Source: Candidatus Latescibacterota bacterium (lineage in GTDB: Bacteria > Latescibacterota > UBA2968 > UBA8231). Taken from it: a stretch of DNA of 29,804 nt. The position numbers and the translations under genes are program-made. Every line of letters begins with the position of its first letter. Position 1 is the first letter of the stretch. A model generated the notes under the pieces. It had not been told where the DNA came from. It searched no databases and saw only the letters and a list, made by a program, of their open reading frames with translations. This document shows positions 1 to 10,182 of this stretch, in pieces. The stretch spans positions 1 through 29,804 of the forward strand of contig CBDBIJ010000145.1 in NCBI GenBank assembly GCA_965205655.1, in the 5' to 3' direction.

Positions 1-1283
1 GGTGTAGCCCATGATGCGGCGCATTGGCAGGCCGGCGATGGCGAGCAGGGGGATGGTCCAGAAGGGCTGGATCATGTTCGTCCACTGATCACCGTAGGCC
101 ACGGCCATGACGATGCGTGAGGGTCCGTTCCCAGCACGCGGGCCGCTTCGATAAAGATGGGCCCCTGAACCGCCCACTGACCGCCGCCGGACGGTATGAA
201 GAAGTTGATGAGGCCGGCGGACAGGAAGGCCCAGAACCCCAGCGTCTGGGCGCTGGCAATGGCCGTGAACCAGCCGGCTATGACCCCCACCAGCCCGGTA
301 GTGATCATCAACCCCATGATTCCGGCGTAGAAGGGATACTGCAGGATGATCTGGCCCACCGTCCCACTGGCGCCGGCGATGAGCCTGACGTAATGGACGG
401 GTGAGCGGGCGAGCAGCAACCCCAGGCACAGGAACGACCAGTTGACGATGTTCAGGTTCAGATCGAGACCATTAGAGGAGAACCAATAAACCAGATAGCC
501 GGCGAGGGTCAGGCCGAGCGCGGCGCTGAGAATGCGGGCGTTGTCGATGCGCTCGGCCGGCGACGATTTGTCTGAGTGCAGGCTCGGCCGGGATTCCCCC
601 GGGTCGAGATCACGGGCGTCCGCCTCGAGGGGGATGACCTCCTCATCAGCCGGTCTCATGAGGGCGCAGACGATCGGCACCAATATCAGGGTGACGAGAG
701 CCGTGGCGATGTTCCAGCCCGCGAAGATGGTCTCGCTCACTGGAATGGTTCCGCCGACCTGTTGCTCCAGCGCGTGGCCCGGGGTGGCGACGAAGAGCGC
801 GGCCGAGCTGGAATAGCCCATGTGCCAGACGACGAAGCCGGCGTAGGCGGAGGCTACCAGCAGCGGATAGTGCAGCCGCAGGCCTCTCTCGGCAGATCGA
901 AGGGCGACCTGGCGGGCGATGATGGCGCCGGCCACGAGCCCGAGAGACCAGGCAATGAGGGAGGAGACGCCGGCGACGAGAGCGACGAGGGCGTAGGCCG
1001 TGGCAGCGCGCCGGGGAAGTGCACCGAGCCGTGCGAGTCCGGCGCCGACGGCGTCGGTGTGAGCCAGGGCGTGCGCGGTGACGAGGGTGAGCGCGATCTG
1101 GGCGATGAAGGTGAGGAGCCCCTTGAGCCCCTCTCCCCAGGCGACGAGGACCTCAACCGGACCGGCGTCCGTCAGACCCAGCGCCATCAGCCCGGAGACG
1201 AAGGTCAGGACGATGGCGAATACGAATGGATCGGGGTAGAATCGCTCGACGAAAAGGATGAAGGGTTTCGCAAGGGTGCGCAT
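1..1283 (-). CDS. atoE: Short-chain fatty acid transporter, AtoE family; single-base frameshift near 121-123; continues off the left edge
   Basis: Polytopic membrane protein with ERFYPDPFVFA, GFVVWHMGYSSSA, LQYPFYAGIMG and FFIPSGGGQWAVQGP. The expected C-terminus (RIVMAVAYGDQWTNMIQPFWTIPLLAIAGLPMRRIMGYT) is in another frame at 1-117. Confidence 0.85.
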
Positions 1284-1348
1284 GACGGTTTTTCACTCGG
1301 CCCGCACAACGGGTTGCCACTCGGTGTAGACTACAGCAAATTAGACAG

Positions 1349-2239
1349 ATGGCAAACACTATGGAAGAGACACAGCTACAGATCGATCCAGCTGACGATA
1401 TCGGTTTCATGAACATCGACGAAACTGATTTCGGCAGTATGACGCTGGGGGAGCGGATTCGCCATCTCGAAGTCGAGGGCTACGTGGTCCTGCCGGATGT
1501 GCTCGACGCGGAGCACATGGAGCGGATCAACGCCGAGATGGCCGACGCGTCCATGCAGACAAAGGACTACAGCGACGCCCAGACCTATCACAAGGAGCCG
1601 CAGTGGCGCAGCCGAGCACTGGCCGAGGCGATCGCCAACCCTCCCGTCATCGAATTCCTGAAGGCCGCGCTGGGGCCGGACATCGTGTTTACTCGAGGGC
1701 TTTTCACCCGCACCCTGTCGGGCTCGCCGCCCATCTCGTTGCACACGGACGGGCAACCCTTCGGTTCCTCCATCTTCGGCTACGAGGGCAGCTCGCCGCG
1801 GCTACTTCGCGTCCTCTTCTACCTTGACGACCTGACGCCCGAGCGAGCTCCTTTCCGTCTGGTGCCTCGCTCCCACCTGTCCTTCCACGCCGAGGCCAAT
1901 CCGTACACGCGCTATGAATGGCACCCAGGTGAAATAACCGTGTGTGCCAGAGCCGGCACTGCTGTCATCATTCCTGTCAATATGTTCCACGGCAGCCATC
2001 CCAACAGGTCGTCATCGCAGCGCACCCTCGTGCAGCTGGGTTATCGTCCGGCGTGGGCGGGTCCGATACAGCCGATGGAGGAATGGGACGCGGACCTCGT
2101 GGCGGCGGCGCCAGACGAAGTGAAGCCCTATCTCCAGAGCCTGAACACGACGGGTCTGCAGTGGAAGCAGGAGAACAAACCAGAAGGCATGAAAACGGAG
2201 GCGCCCGGCATCGATCCGGGACGATGGGAGCGCAGATGA
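1349..2239 (+). CDS. PhyH-family Fe(II)/2-oxoglutarate dioxygenase
   Basis: EGYVVLPDVL, HxD (LHTDG), LVPRSH, distal His (MFHGSHPN) followed by Arg. Confidence 0.85.
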   Translation: MANTMEETQLQIDPADDIGFMNIDETDFGSMTLGERIRHLEVEGYVVLPDVLDAEHMERINAEMADASMQTKDYSDAQTYHKEPQWRSRALAEAIANPPVIEFLKAALGPDIVFTRGLFTRTLSGSPPISLHTDGQPFGSSIFGYEGSSPRLLRVLFYLDDLTPERAPFRLVPRSHLSFHAEANPYTRYEWHPGEITVCARAGTAVIIPVNMFHGSHPNRSSSQRTLVQLGYRPAWAGPIQPMEEWDADLVAAAPDEVKPYLQSLNTTGLQWKQENKPEGMKTEAPGIDPGRWERR

Positions 2240-3372
2240 CGGTCGCCAACGAAGCGACATTGGATCTGGGAGAGGAAGCACCTGCAAGTGAGGTGGGTCG
2301 GCCGAAAAACGAGCTCGACACACCCTGTCTGTGGGTGGATCTGGGCGGGCTCGAGGCGAATATCGCCCACATGGCCGAGCACTTCAGGAAGGAAGGCATC
2401 AACTGGCGCCCGCACACGAAGGGAATCAAGGTGCCAGCCATTGCTCAAAAGGCGATCGATGCCGGCGCCATCGGCGTGACCTGCGCCAAACTCGGCGAGG
2501 CCGAGGTGATGGCGGCTGCCGGCATCGGGGATATCCTGGTCGCGAATCAGGTGGTGGGAGCGCGCAAGGTCGACCGTCTCGTCAATCTCCGACGTCAGGC
2601 CGACGTGAAGGTGGCCGTCGACAGCGAAGTGAATATCACCGAGATCGGCGAGGCCGCGACCGAGAAGGGGGTTGAGGTTGGGGTGCTGGTAGAGGTAGAG
2701 ACCGGCATGCAGCGAGCCGGCACCGCGCCGGGACAGCCCACAGTGGACATGTCGCGCATCGCTCACGAAACGCCGGGGATCAAGTATGAAGGATTGATGG
2801 CGTGGGAGGGGCACTCCGTGGGAATCCAGGACCAGGACGAAAAGCGGAGGGTGATCGAGAAGGCGCTCAAGCTGCTGAAGGAGAGCGTTGCGATGTGCAA
2901 GGAAGCGGGGCTGCCCGTGAACATCGTCAGCGGCGGCGGCAGCGGCAGCTATTTGATCACGCCCGGCTACAAAGTGATCAGCGAGATTCAGGCGGGTGGC
3001 GCCATGCTGTGCGACAACAAATACCTGTATTTCGGAGTTGCCACGAAGCCGAGCATCTTTGCGCTGGCGACGGTGACGAGCCGTCCGACGCCGGACAGAA
3101 TCATCCTCGACGGGGGATTCAAGTCGACGCCGTCATGGCCGGGAGACCCGACACCGGTCGGGCTCGACGGCGTTGAGCAGGTGTCCACCTCGGCGGAGCA
3201 CCTGGCCGTCAGATTGAAAGCTCCCAACACCGCGGTGAAGGTGGGAGACAAACTCGACTTCGTCCTGGGATACTCAGACGCCACCGTGCTGCTGCACGAG
3301 TTCATCTACGGCGTGCGCGACGGCATCGTCGAGACCGAGTGGCCGATAGCGGGGCGTGGAAAACTGAAATAG
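2236..3372 (+). CDS. DSD1/D-threonine aldolase-like PLP-dependent enzyme (alanine racemase fold)
   Basis: LDTPCLWVD, RPHTK (PLP Lys), CAKLGEAEVM, MAWEGH, SGGGSG, EIQAG, SAEH. Start placed at the ATGA overlap with the upstream stop. Confidence 0.85.
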   Translation: MTVANEATLDLGEEAPASEVGRPKNELDTPCLWVDLGGLEANIAHMAEHFRKEGINWRPHTKGIKVPAIAQKAIDAGAIGVTCAKLGEAEVMAAAGIGDILVANQVVGARKVDRLVNLRRQADVKVAVDSEVNITEIGEAATEKGVEVGVLVEVETGMQRAGTAPGQPTVDMSRIAHETPGIKYEGLMAWEGHSVGIQDQDEKRRVIEKALKLLKESVAMCKEAGLPVNIVSGGGSGSYLITPGYKVISEIQAGGAMLCDNKYLYFGVATKPSIFALATVTSRPTPDRIILDGGFKSTPSWPGDPTPVGLDGVEQVSTSAEHLAVRLKAPNTAVKVGDKLDFVLGYSDATVLLHEFIYGVRDGIVETEWPIAGRGKLK

Positions 3373-3387
3373 GAAAGGAAAGGGTGA

Positions 3388-3594
3388 ATGTTTACGCTGA
3401 TTCGAACGCTTTCAACCAGGGATCTTCTACTGCAGCAGGCTCCGGCGTTTGCGGCCTCCTTCGCAATCGCCGAGGTGCTCTACAAGTTTCACAGCTTTGC
3501 GCTGGAATGCCTGGCTTTCCTGGCGACATGGTACGTACTGGACGGGGCAGCCGACCTGGCGCGATCCGGGTTCAGGAAATGGCGTGACAGCTAG
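3388..3594 (+). CDS. Small hypothetical membrane protein (68 aa)
   Basis: Purine-rich RBS (GGAAAGGAAAGGG), two hydrophobic segments, AEVLYKFHSFALEC core; directly follows the PLP enzyme gene. Confidence 0.65.
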   Translation: MFTLIRTLSTRDLLLQQAPAFAASFAIAEVLYKFHSFALECLAFLATWYVLDGAADLARSGFRKWRDS

Positions 3595-3624
3595 CGGCTA
3601 AGAGGGAGCCCCTGGCGAAGGCAG

Positions 3625-4422
3625 CTACTGCGCCGTAAATCCCCCGTCCACCGGAAGCACAGCTCCCGTCACCATTGACGAAGCGCCTGAGGCCAGAAAA
3701 AGCACCGCGCCGATGAGCTCCTCGGGGTCGCCTATTCGGCCGATGGGAACGCGGTCGATGACTCGCTGCTGGTACTCGGGCTCCGCGTCTATGGATTTCC
3801 GAGCCATCGGCGTATCGAACGCACTGGGAGCGATGGCATTCACGCGCACGCCGCGTGAGGCCCACTCGACGCCCAGCGCCCGCGTAAGCTGCACCACGCC
3901 TCCCTTGCTGGCGCAATAGGCGACGGTGTTGGACATGCCGACGAGCCCCCCGATGGATGTCAGATTCACGATCGCACCGCGCCCCTGTTCGAGCATCAGC
4001 CTGCCGACGCTCTGACAGCACAGGAACGTCCCTTTCAGATTCACATCGAGAATGCGATCCCACTCCGCTTCCGCATAGTCGACGAAGGGCATGCGGTTGG
4101 TGACGCCATGGCTGTTTACGAGGACGTCGATGCGGCCGAACTCCGAGGCGATTGCATCGACAGCTACCTGGACCGATCCGGCGTCGGTGACGTCCATCTC
4201 GAGCGCCAGTCCACGCTGACCGCATGACTCGACAGCACTGACGACGTCGTCGGCACCGTCGAGCCGAACATCGGCGATGACGACGGAAGAGCCGGCTGCG
4301 GCGAGGCCTTTTGCGATGGTGCGGCCAAAGCCCCCGTTTCCTCCGGTAACGAGGGCAACCTGTCCGCTCAAATCGAAAATCTCAGCTGGTGCCGCAGAGT
4401 GTTTCGAGTTTCCGTCCGTCAT
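3625..4422 (-). CDS. SDR-family NAD(P)-dependent oxidoreductase (gluconate 5-dehydrogenase/KduD-like)
   Basis: TGGNGGFG, YCASK, VNAIAP, VDGG. Start could alternatively be 4440. Confidence 0.9.
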   Translation of the reverse strand: MTDGNSKHSAAPAEIFDLSGQVALVTGGNGGFGRTIAKGLAAAGSSVVIADVRLDGADDVVSAVESCGQRGLALEMDVTDAGSVQVAVDAIASEFGRIDVLVNSHGVTNRMPFVDYAEAEWDRILDVNLKGTFLCCQSVGRLMLEQGRGAIVNLTSIGGLVGMSNTVAYCASKGGVVQLTRALGVEWASRGVRVNAIAPSAFDTPMARKSIDAEPEYQQRVIDRVPIGRIGDPEELIGAVLFLASGASSMVTGAVLPVDGGFTAQ

Positions 4423-4442
4423 GCTTGTCGTGTCCCCCACGC

Positions 4443-6366
4443 TCAGGTGTCCAGGACGTCTCGAACGGTCCGGGCAAGGTCGTTGAGGGGAACAGGCTTG
4501 CGAAGAATCGTCTCGGCCTCGAGGGCACGCTGCACGTCGGAAGTCTGTCCCGTAAAGATCACCACCTTCATATCCTCGCGTCGTGACCGCAGGCGCTTCA
4601 GGACTTCATGTCCGGAAATCTCGGGTAGCGATAGATCGAGCAAGACCAGATCGATCCGAGACTGTGAATTCATCATGAACAGCGCCTCCCTGCCGTCTTT
4701 GGCCTCGAGCGCTTCGTAGCCGCAGCGCTTGAGAACTCCGGCCACAGGCACGCGAACTTCGTCCTCATCTTCGACGATCAGAATCGTCTCCGTCCCCCCG
4801 GGCAGCGGCGCGGCGTCGGCAGATGGTTGCTCCTCCCTCTCCTGTGTTTCAGTCGCCAACACCGGCAGGTGAACGGTAAAGGTCGACCCGACGTCAGGAG
4901 AGCTGTCGCAGTCGATCCATCCACCGTGATGGCGCACGATTCCAAACGCCGTTGACAGTCCGAGGCCGGAACCTTGCCCGACATCCTTGGTGGTGAAAAA
5001 CGGGTCGAAGATCCGTTTCTGCGTATCGGGATCCATACCCACACCACGATCGGAGACTTCAATCCGAACGTAGGAGCCGGCGCGTGGTCCCTGATCGGCA
5101 TGCAGGGAGTATGCCCGAAGTCCGATGCGGTTCTGCGTCCTGGAAACGGGTGTCGGGATGATGGCGTCTCTGGCATTAAGGAGCAGATTGAGGAGCACCT
5201 GCTCTATGAGCGAGGAATCGCCCCAGATTTTCCCAAGATTTGGCTGGATGTCGACGGAGATCCTCAGATGACGATCGAAAGTGGAACGGCAGAAATCGGC
5301 GGCCCTTTCTATAACCGGAACCAGATCGCATTGTGCCCGATCGGACGGGTCTGCCTGACGGGCGTAGAGCATCAGCTGCCGAACCATGGTGGCCGCTCTC
5401 CGGGCAGCGGTGAGGGATGCCTCGAGGTATGTCGCGCCGTCTTCCACTTCGGCGGCATTTTCGACATTGCTCATGATCCCCTGAAGCATGTTGTTGAAGT
5501 TGTGGGCAACTCCCGCCGTCAACTGCCCCACGGCTTCCATCTTTTGCGCCTGCTGCAGCTGGTTCTTGAGACTTCGGCGCTCGGTTATGTCTCTGTAGGA
5601 CCAAAGTCGCCCGTAGTACTCACCGTCTTCACCGATCAGGGGCGCGGAGTAGCGCTCAAACACTCTGCCGTCTTCGAGGTCGACCTCATCGGTGGATTTT
5701 TCGAGCGGATGTTCATACATGTATCAGGATTCCCGACACGAAGGCATCCGGATCGACCAGTTTGTCACGAACTGATTCGACCGCAAGCACGCTTGATTTT
5801 TTCGCCTCAACATCCGGGGGAATTCCCCACATTTCGATAAAACGGCGGTTGTAGTCGACCCAGTTCCTGTCCTGGTCTACGACAAGGAGTCCATCGATGG
5901 AGGCCTCGTGCTGGGTCGAGAGAAGAGCATTCCTGAAGCGCAACTCATCCTCGGCCCGCTTCTTGTCCGTCACGTCGGTCAGCACGGCCAGAGATCGCTC
6001 GAAATTACCAGCGTCGTCGTACTCGGCTACGGCGGAAAGGAGAATGTCGATGACTTCACCGCTTTTCTTCACGAACTGGTACTCCAGACTTTCCGCCGAC
6101 CCCGTTCGAATGAACTCGGGAATTGCGGTTGTTTCGGCATACCCTCTGGAGTTCTCTGTGAGGAACTCGGAAGCCTTGCGCCCGATGACCTCCTCCCGGG
6201 TGTAGCCAAGCGCCTCGAGCCAGCCATCGCTCACATCGACGAGCCGTCCCTCTTGATCGATCGAGTGGAGCATGGCAGGCGTCTTTCGATACAGAGCCCG
6301 ATAGGTCTCTTCGCTCCTCTCGAGGACTCTGCGCGACTCTTTGTCCGGCGTATTCCGCTCGCTCAT
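4443..6366 (-). CDS. PAS-PAS hybrid sensor histidine kinase/response regulator, split by a frameshift near 5724
   Basis: PAS domains in 5713-6366; H-box AHNFNN, N-box NLLLNARDA, DRGVGM, FDPFFTTK, GSGLGL and receiver (IVEDE, LLDLSLP, RKP) in 4443-5720. The second PAS runs across the break (GIL / YMYEHP). Confidence 0.85.
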
Positions 6367-6548
6367 ATCGTTTTTCTTCGCGCCAACGTGCAGTGTGAAT
6401 GCGCAAGGGTGGAGAAAGGTAGCACGAGCCGTGATGGGGGAGCAAGTTGGACGATGTCTCCGATCGCGCGTCGGTGGTCTGTCGAGGGCGATTCGATATA
6501 TTCTGCGCACCCGCGGATGTGACGCAGGCGGAGAAGGGAGGAAGAGGC

Positions 6549-7439
6549 ATGGCGGATTCTCTACGTGTGCGAAAGCTGCATTCCCTGATCGGCGCCGAGG
6601 TGACCGGCGTGGATCTGTCGCGCCCCCTCGAAGAGGCCGAGCTGCGGACGATAGAGGCTGCTTGGCTGGAACACGCGGTGCTCGTCTTCCCGGACCAGGC
6701 GATCAGCGACGAACAACAGGTGGCGTTCACTCGCAACTTCGGCGAGCTCGAAATGTTCCCACAATCGGACAACCGCTCAAATGAAGTCCCGGAGATATTT
6801 CGCGTGACCAACGTGGGTGACGACGGCAGAATCAGGCCGGTGGAGTCGGACGGCGGTAGGTACAGCACTCTGATATGGGTGTGGCACACCGACAGCAGCT
6901 ACCGCCGGATTCCCGCCAAGGGTGCGGTACTGCACGCCATCGAGGTCGTGAAGAAGGGAGGCGATACCTTGTTCGCCAATATGTTCGCCGCGTACGAGCA
7001 GATGCCGGCCGAGCTCAAGAGCCGGATTCGGGGATTGAAGGCGAGACACAGCTTTCTGTTTTCCCGCCAGCTGCGCAACCTGCCGCCGATGAAGCCGGAA
7101 GAGGAGGCGCGGGTTCCGCCGGTGGACCACCCGCTGGTGCGACAACACGCGGACGGGCGTCTGTCCCTGTATGTCAGCGGCACCTACATGGAACAAGTGA
7201 TTGGACTGGAAGATTCGGAAGGCAAGCAGCTACTGGAGGAGCTGATGGGGTGGGCCACCCAGGAGCGGTTCGTCTACCGGCACCGCTGGAAGCCGCACGA
7301 TGTGTTGATGTGGGACAATCAAGGAGCCATTCACGTGGTGGAGCCGTTCGACCACGGCGTGGAGCGACGGGTCATGCACCGCACGACCATCGCCGGAACG
7401 GAGCCCGTGCTGGGAGTGGAGGTCAGACCAGCGCCCTGA
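6549..7439 (+). CDS. TauD/TfdA-family 2-oxoglutarate-dependent dioxygenase
   Basis: IGAEVTGVDL, WHTDSSY, GGDTLFAN, HPLVR, WDNQGAIH, RRVMHRTT; RBS GGAGG/AGAGG upstream of ATG 6549. Confidence 0.9.
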   Translation: MADSLRVRKLHSLIGAEVTGVDLSRPLEEAELRTIEAAWLEHAVLVFPDQAISDEQQVAFTRNFGELEMFPQSDNRSNEVPEIFRVTNVGDDGRIRPVESDGGRYSTLIWVWHTDSSYRRIPAKGAVLHAIEVVKKGGDTLFANMFAAYEQMPAELKSRIRGLKARHSFLFSRQLRNLPPMKPEEEARVPPVDHPLVRQHADGRLSLYVSGTYMEQVIGLEDSEGKQLLEELMGWATQERFVYRHRWKPHDVLMWDNQGAIHVVEPFDHGVERRVMHRTTIAGTEPVLGVEVRPAP

Positions 7440-8211
7440 GGCTGTCGTCGTCAACCGGCTCGAGCGGGGTGAAGTCGCGGTTGTTTTGATAATAGGCGCG
7501 GGTGGTGCCGGTGCAGGCGTTGCTGACGGCGTTGTAGTTCAGGTACATGATCGCGCGGCGCCAGGGTGAGACGTTGTTGGCAGACCCGTGAATGAGGTTG
7601 CAGTGGATGAAGCAGACGGATCCGGCCGGCCCGATGAGGGGTTCAATCCCTTTCTCGTTTGCCAGTCGTTCGAAGATGGCGTGATCGAGGTTGTAGACGG
7701 CAGTGCCGCTCGGGTCGCTGTCGGGCTCGATCGAATCGATGTATCCCTGGCTCTGTGTTCCCGGCACGATGAGGAGAGGGGATTTGGCGGCGGTGCAGTC
7801 GTCGACGAATACGGCGGCCATGATGCAGCGGGGTTCCGGCATGCCGTCGAGGCGATACCAGGGACCGTAATCCTGGTGCCAGTCCCAGTCGGTGCCGCCC
7901 CCAAAGCCCTCCTTCGGGTTGAGACGACTCTGGTGCAGATAGACCTCGTCCCGCAACAGCTGGCGCACCGGCAGGAGCATGCGAGGGAGGAGGGTGAGGC
8001 GGCGAAAAGCCTCTGAGAAGTGGTGGCCGCCGAACACGAGCCTGGCCGCCGATGAGTCTTCCTTCTCGCGGACCACCTCCGGTCCCCGGCGCGCCAGAAG
8101 TTCGGGGAGGTCGTGCTGAAGCACCTTCGCCTCGCCATCTTCGAGCAGGCTCGGGAAAAACAGAAAGCCCCGCTCGTCGAACTCGGCGATCTGGGAGTCA
8201 TCGAGCCGCAT
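7423..8211 (-). CDS. PhyH-family dioxygenase, ectoine/proline hydroxylase-like
   Basis: LNPK, WDWHQDYGPWYRLDGMPEP, LIHGSANN..R; TGATG overlap with the upstream gene. Confidence 0.85.
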   Translation of the reverse strand: MRLDDSQIAEFDERGFLFFPSLLEDGEAKVLQHDLPELLARRGPEVVREKEDSSAARLVFGGHHFSEAFRRLTLLPRMLLPVRQLLRDEVYLHQSRLNPKEGFGGGTDWDWHQDYGPWYRLDGMPEPRCIMAAVFVDDCTAAKSPLLIVPGTQSQGYIDSIEPDSDPSGTAVYNLDHAIFERLANEKGIEPLIGPAGSVCFIHCNLIHGSANNVSPWRRAIMYLNYNAVSNACTGTTRAYYQNNRDFTPLEPVDDDSLRALV

Positions 8212-9365
8212 CAGGCCGTCTCATGCAACTTGCGCATGATCTCGCCGTGCGACAGCCCGGCCTGTCTCAGCTTTTCGTATTCGCCGTCGTCGACACCTTC
8301 CCAGCTGTGGAAGCCGCGAATGTCGTAGGTCCCCGGCTCGGTGACGGGCAGTTCGCCCGAGGCAATCATTTTTTCGAGAGGGTAGCCCTGTTCCGCCAGC
8401 GGCAGGTGGACGACCTGGCGGCGGCGGGCAGATTCGTAGAGGGCCATCATGATATCCACGGTGAAGCGGGCGTTGCGGCCGGCGCCGCGGTGCTCGGGAC
8501 CGCCCTCGATCCAGGCGAGGAACTCGCGAACCTGGGCGGCGTTCGTCGGGCCGCCAATGTCGCGGACCTCATCGGGAGGGACACCGATGTCGATGTCGGT
8601 CCAGCCGCCGCTGGCGTTGTTGAGAAGACGGACCCCCGCCGTGTCGACTTGAATCGTCCCGTCAGTACCGTAGACGGGGAAGCTGCTGCAGCTGGCGCCT
8701 TCTCTCACGAGATCGGACTGAATGAAGAGCTGGGCATCGCCGGCAAAATGGACGAGCCCGATGCAGCAGTCTTCAATCGGGGTGCCGCGCTCGAAGCGAT
8801 CGCTGCGGCGCTCGACGGCGCCCATCACCCAGACCGGCTCGGGATCGCCGAGAACGAACCTGGTGCCGTCGATGGAATGGGTTCCGATGTTGGCGAGACC
8901 ATCGAAGATCGTGTTCGTCGCCATGACCGGTTTGCCGATGGCCCCCTCGCGCATGAGCTGGCGCGCTTTCTCCCAACCCGCAGTGAAACGGCGCTGATGG
9001 GCGACGACGAGTTTGGTGCCGCTCGCCTCGCACGCCTCGATCATGCGGGTGGCATCGCCGGAGCCGATAGCCATCGGCTTTTCGCAGATGATCCCTTTGA
9101 CACCGGCGCGGGCGGCGGTGACGACGAGGTCGGCGTGCAGGCCATGCCAGGTGCAGACACTGACCAGGTCCGGCGCAGCTGCCTCGAGCATGGCTTCGAT
9201 GGTGTCGTATTCCCGAACTCCGTCGCCGGCATAACGCGACCTGGCGGTGGCGACGGGATCGGCGACGGCGACGAGCTCCACTTCTTCGACCAAATCATAG
9301 CCATCGACGTGCGCCTGACTGATGGAGCCGCAGCCGACGATGGCGGCGGTGTATTGTGAGGACAC
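8211..9365 (-). CDS. Gfo/Idh/MocA-family oxidoreductase
   Basis: AAIVGCGSIS, VAVADP, CEKPMA, AHQRRF, GTHSID. Confidence 0.9.
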   Translation of the reverse strand: MSSQYTAAIVGCGSISQAHVDGYDLVEEVELVAVADPVATARSRYAGDGVREYDTIEAMLEAAAPDLVSVCTWHGLHADLVVTAARAGVKGIICEKPMAIGSGDATRMIEACEASGTKLVVAHQRRFTAGWEKARQLMREGAIGKPVMATNTIFDGLANIGTHSIDGTRFVLGDPEPVWVMGAVERRSDRFERGTPIEDCCIGLVHFAGDAQLFIQSDLVREGASCSSFPVYGTDGTIQVDTAGVRLLNNASGGWTDIDIGVPPDEVRDIGGPTNAAQVREFLAWIEGGPEHRGAGRNARFTVDIMMALYESARRRQVVHLPLAEQGYPLEKMIASGELPVTEPGTYDIRGFHSWEGVDDGEYEKLRQAGLSHGEIMRKLHETA

Positions 9366-9369
9366 TGGC

Positions 9370-10161
9370 TCACCTTACCCAGTGCCGGTAGAGCGGCTTG
9401 ACGTCCTGCGGCAGGGCTTCGTACACATCCGGTGGCACCGGCGGCACCTCGTTTTCCTTGAGGCCCGGGTCCTCCACCATGCGTTTGCGCGCCTTCGAGC
9501 CCGGCATCAGCACCTCCAGATCGAGCCACCAGGGCACATAACGCACGACCATTCCCACGCGCAGCCCGGCGCTCCTGTTGCTTGCGGTGGCGTGCCACAG
9601 GCGGCTGTCGAAGACGAGAACACTGCCAGCTGCCCCTGTGACCTGCATCTCGGTCGGATAGGGTTCAAAGCGACTAACACCGATAGCTCCCGTAGGATTG
9701 TTGGCCGTTCGGTGAGAGCCGGGCACGATCCAGGTGCCGCCGTTTTCCACTGTGAAATCCGACAGCATCCACAAGCTCGAAAGCTGGACAGGAAAATCCG
9801 GATAGGGCGCAGGGATACAGGTCTTCTCCTGATTGTAAGGCCAGTCCGCGTGCCAGCCGCCGCGCTCATTGCCCGGCGCGGTGATGAGGGTATTGGTATA
9901 GGAAATTCGCACGTGCGGCCCAAACCACCTCTCGGCCACCCCCAGCACGCGTCGATCGGCCAGGTAGGAGCAAAAGGAGGGAATAGCGCCGAGTATGCCC
10001 CAGGCGCTGCTCAGCCCTTTGTAAGTTTTGCTGACGCCCCGCGTCGCGGTCACCTTCTCCGCCTCTGCGCGCACAGCGCCTATCCCATCTGCGGGAATTA
10101 CTCCGTCGACCACGCAGCAGCCGTCGGTTTCAAGACGCCGCAGGATGTCCTCCATCTTCAC
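9370..10161 (-). CDS. PhyH-family dioxygenase
   Basis: WHADWP, LSDFTVENGGTWIVPGSH, FDSRLWHATASN..R. Confidence 0.9.
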   Translation of the reverse strand: MKMEDILRRLETDGCCVVDGVIPADGIGAVRAEAEKVTATRGVSKTYKGLSSAWGILGAIPSFCSYLADRRVLGVAERWFGPHVRISYTNTLITAPGNERGGWHADWPYNQEKTCIPAPYPDFPVQLSSLWMLSDFTVENGGTWIVPGSHRTANNPTGAIGVSRFEPYPTEMQVTGAAGSVLVFDSRLWHATASNRSAGLRVGMVVRYVPWWLDLEVLMPGSKARKRMVEDPGLKENEVPPVPPDVYEALPQDVKPLYRHWVR

Positions 10162-10182
10162 AGGTGCGCTCGTCTCAACGAG

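Noticed and set aside
7423..8211. Calling this gene ectD
   Set aside because: It has WHQDYGPW rather than the EctD WHSDFETW signature, and no ectABC genes are present.
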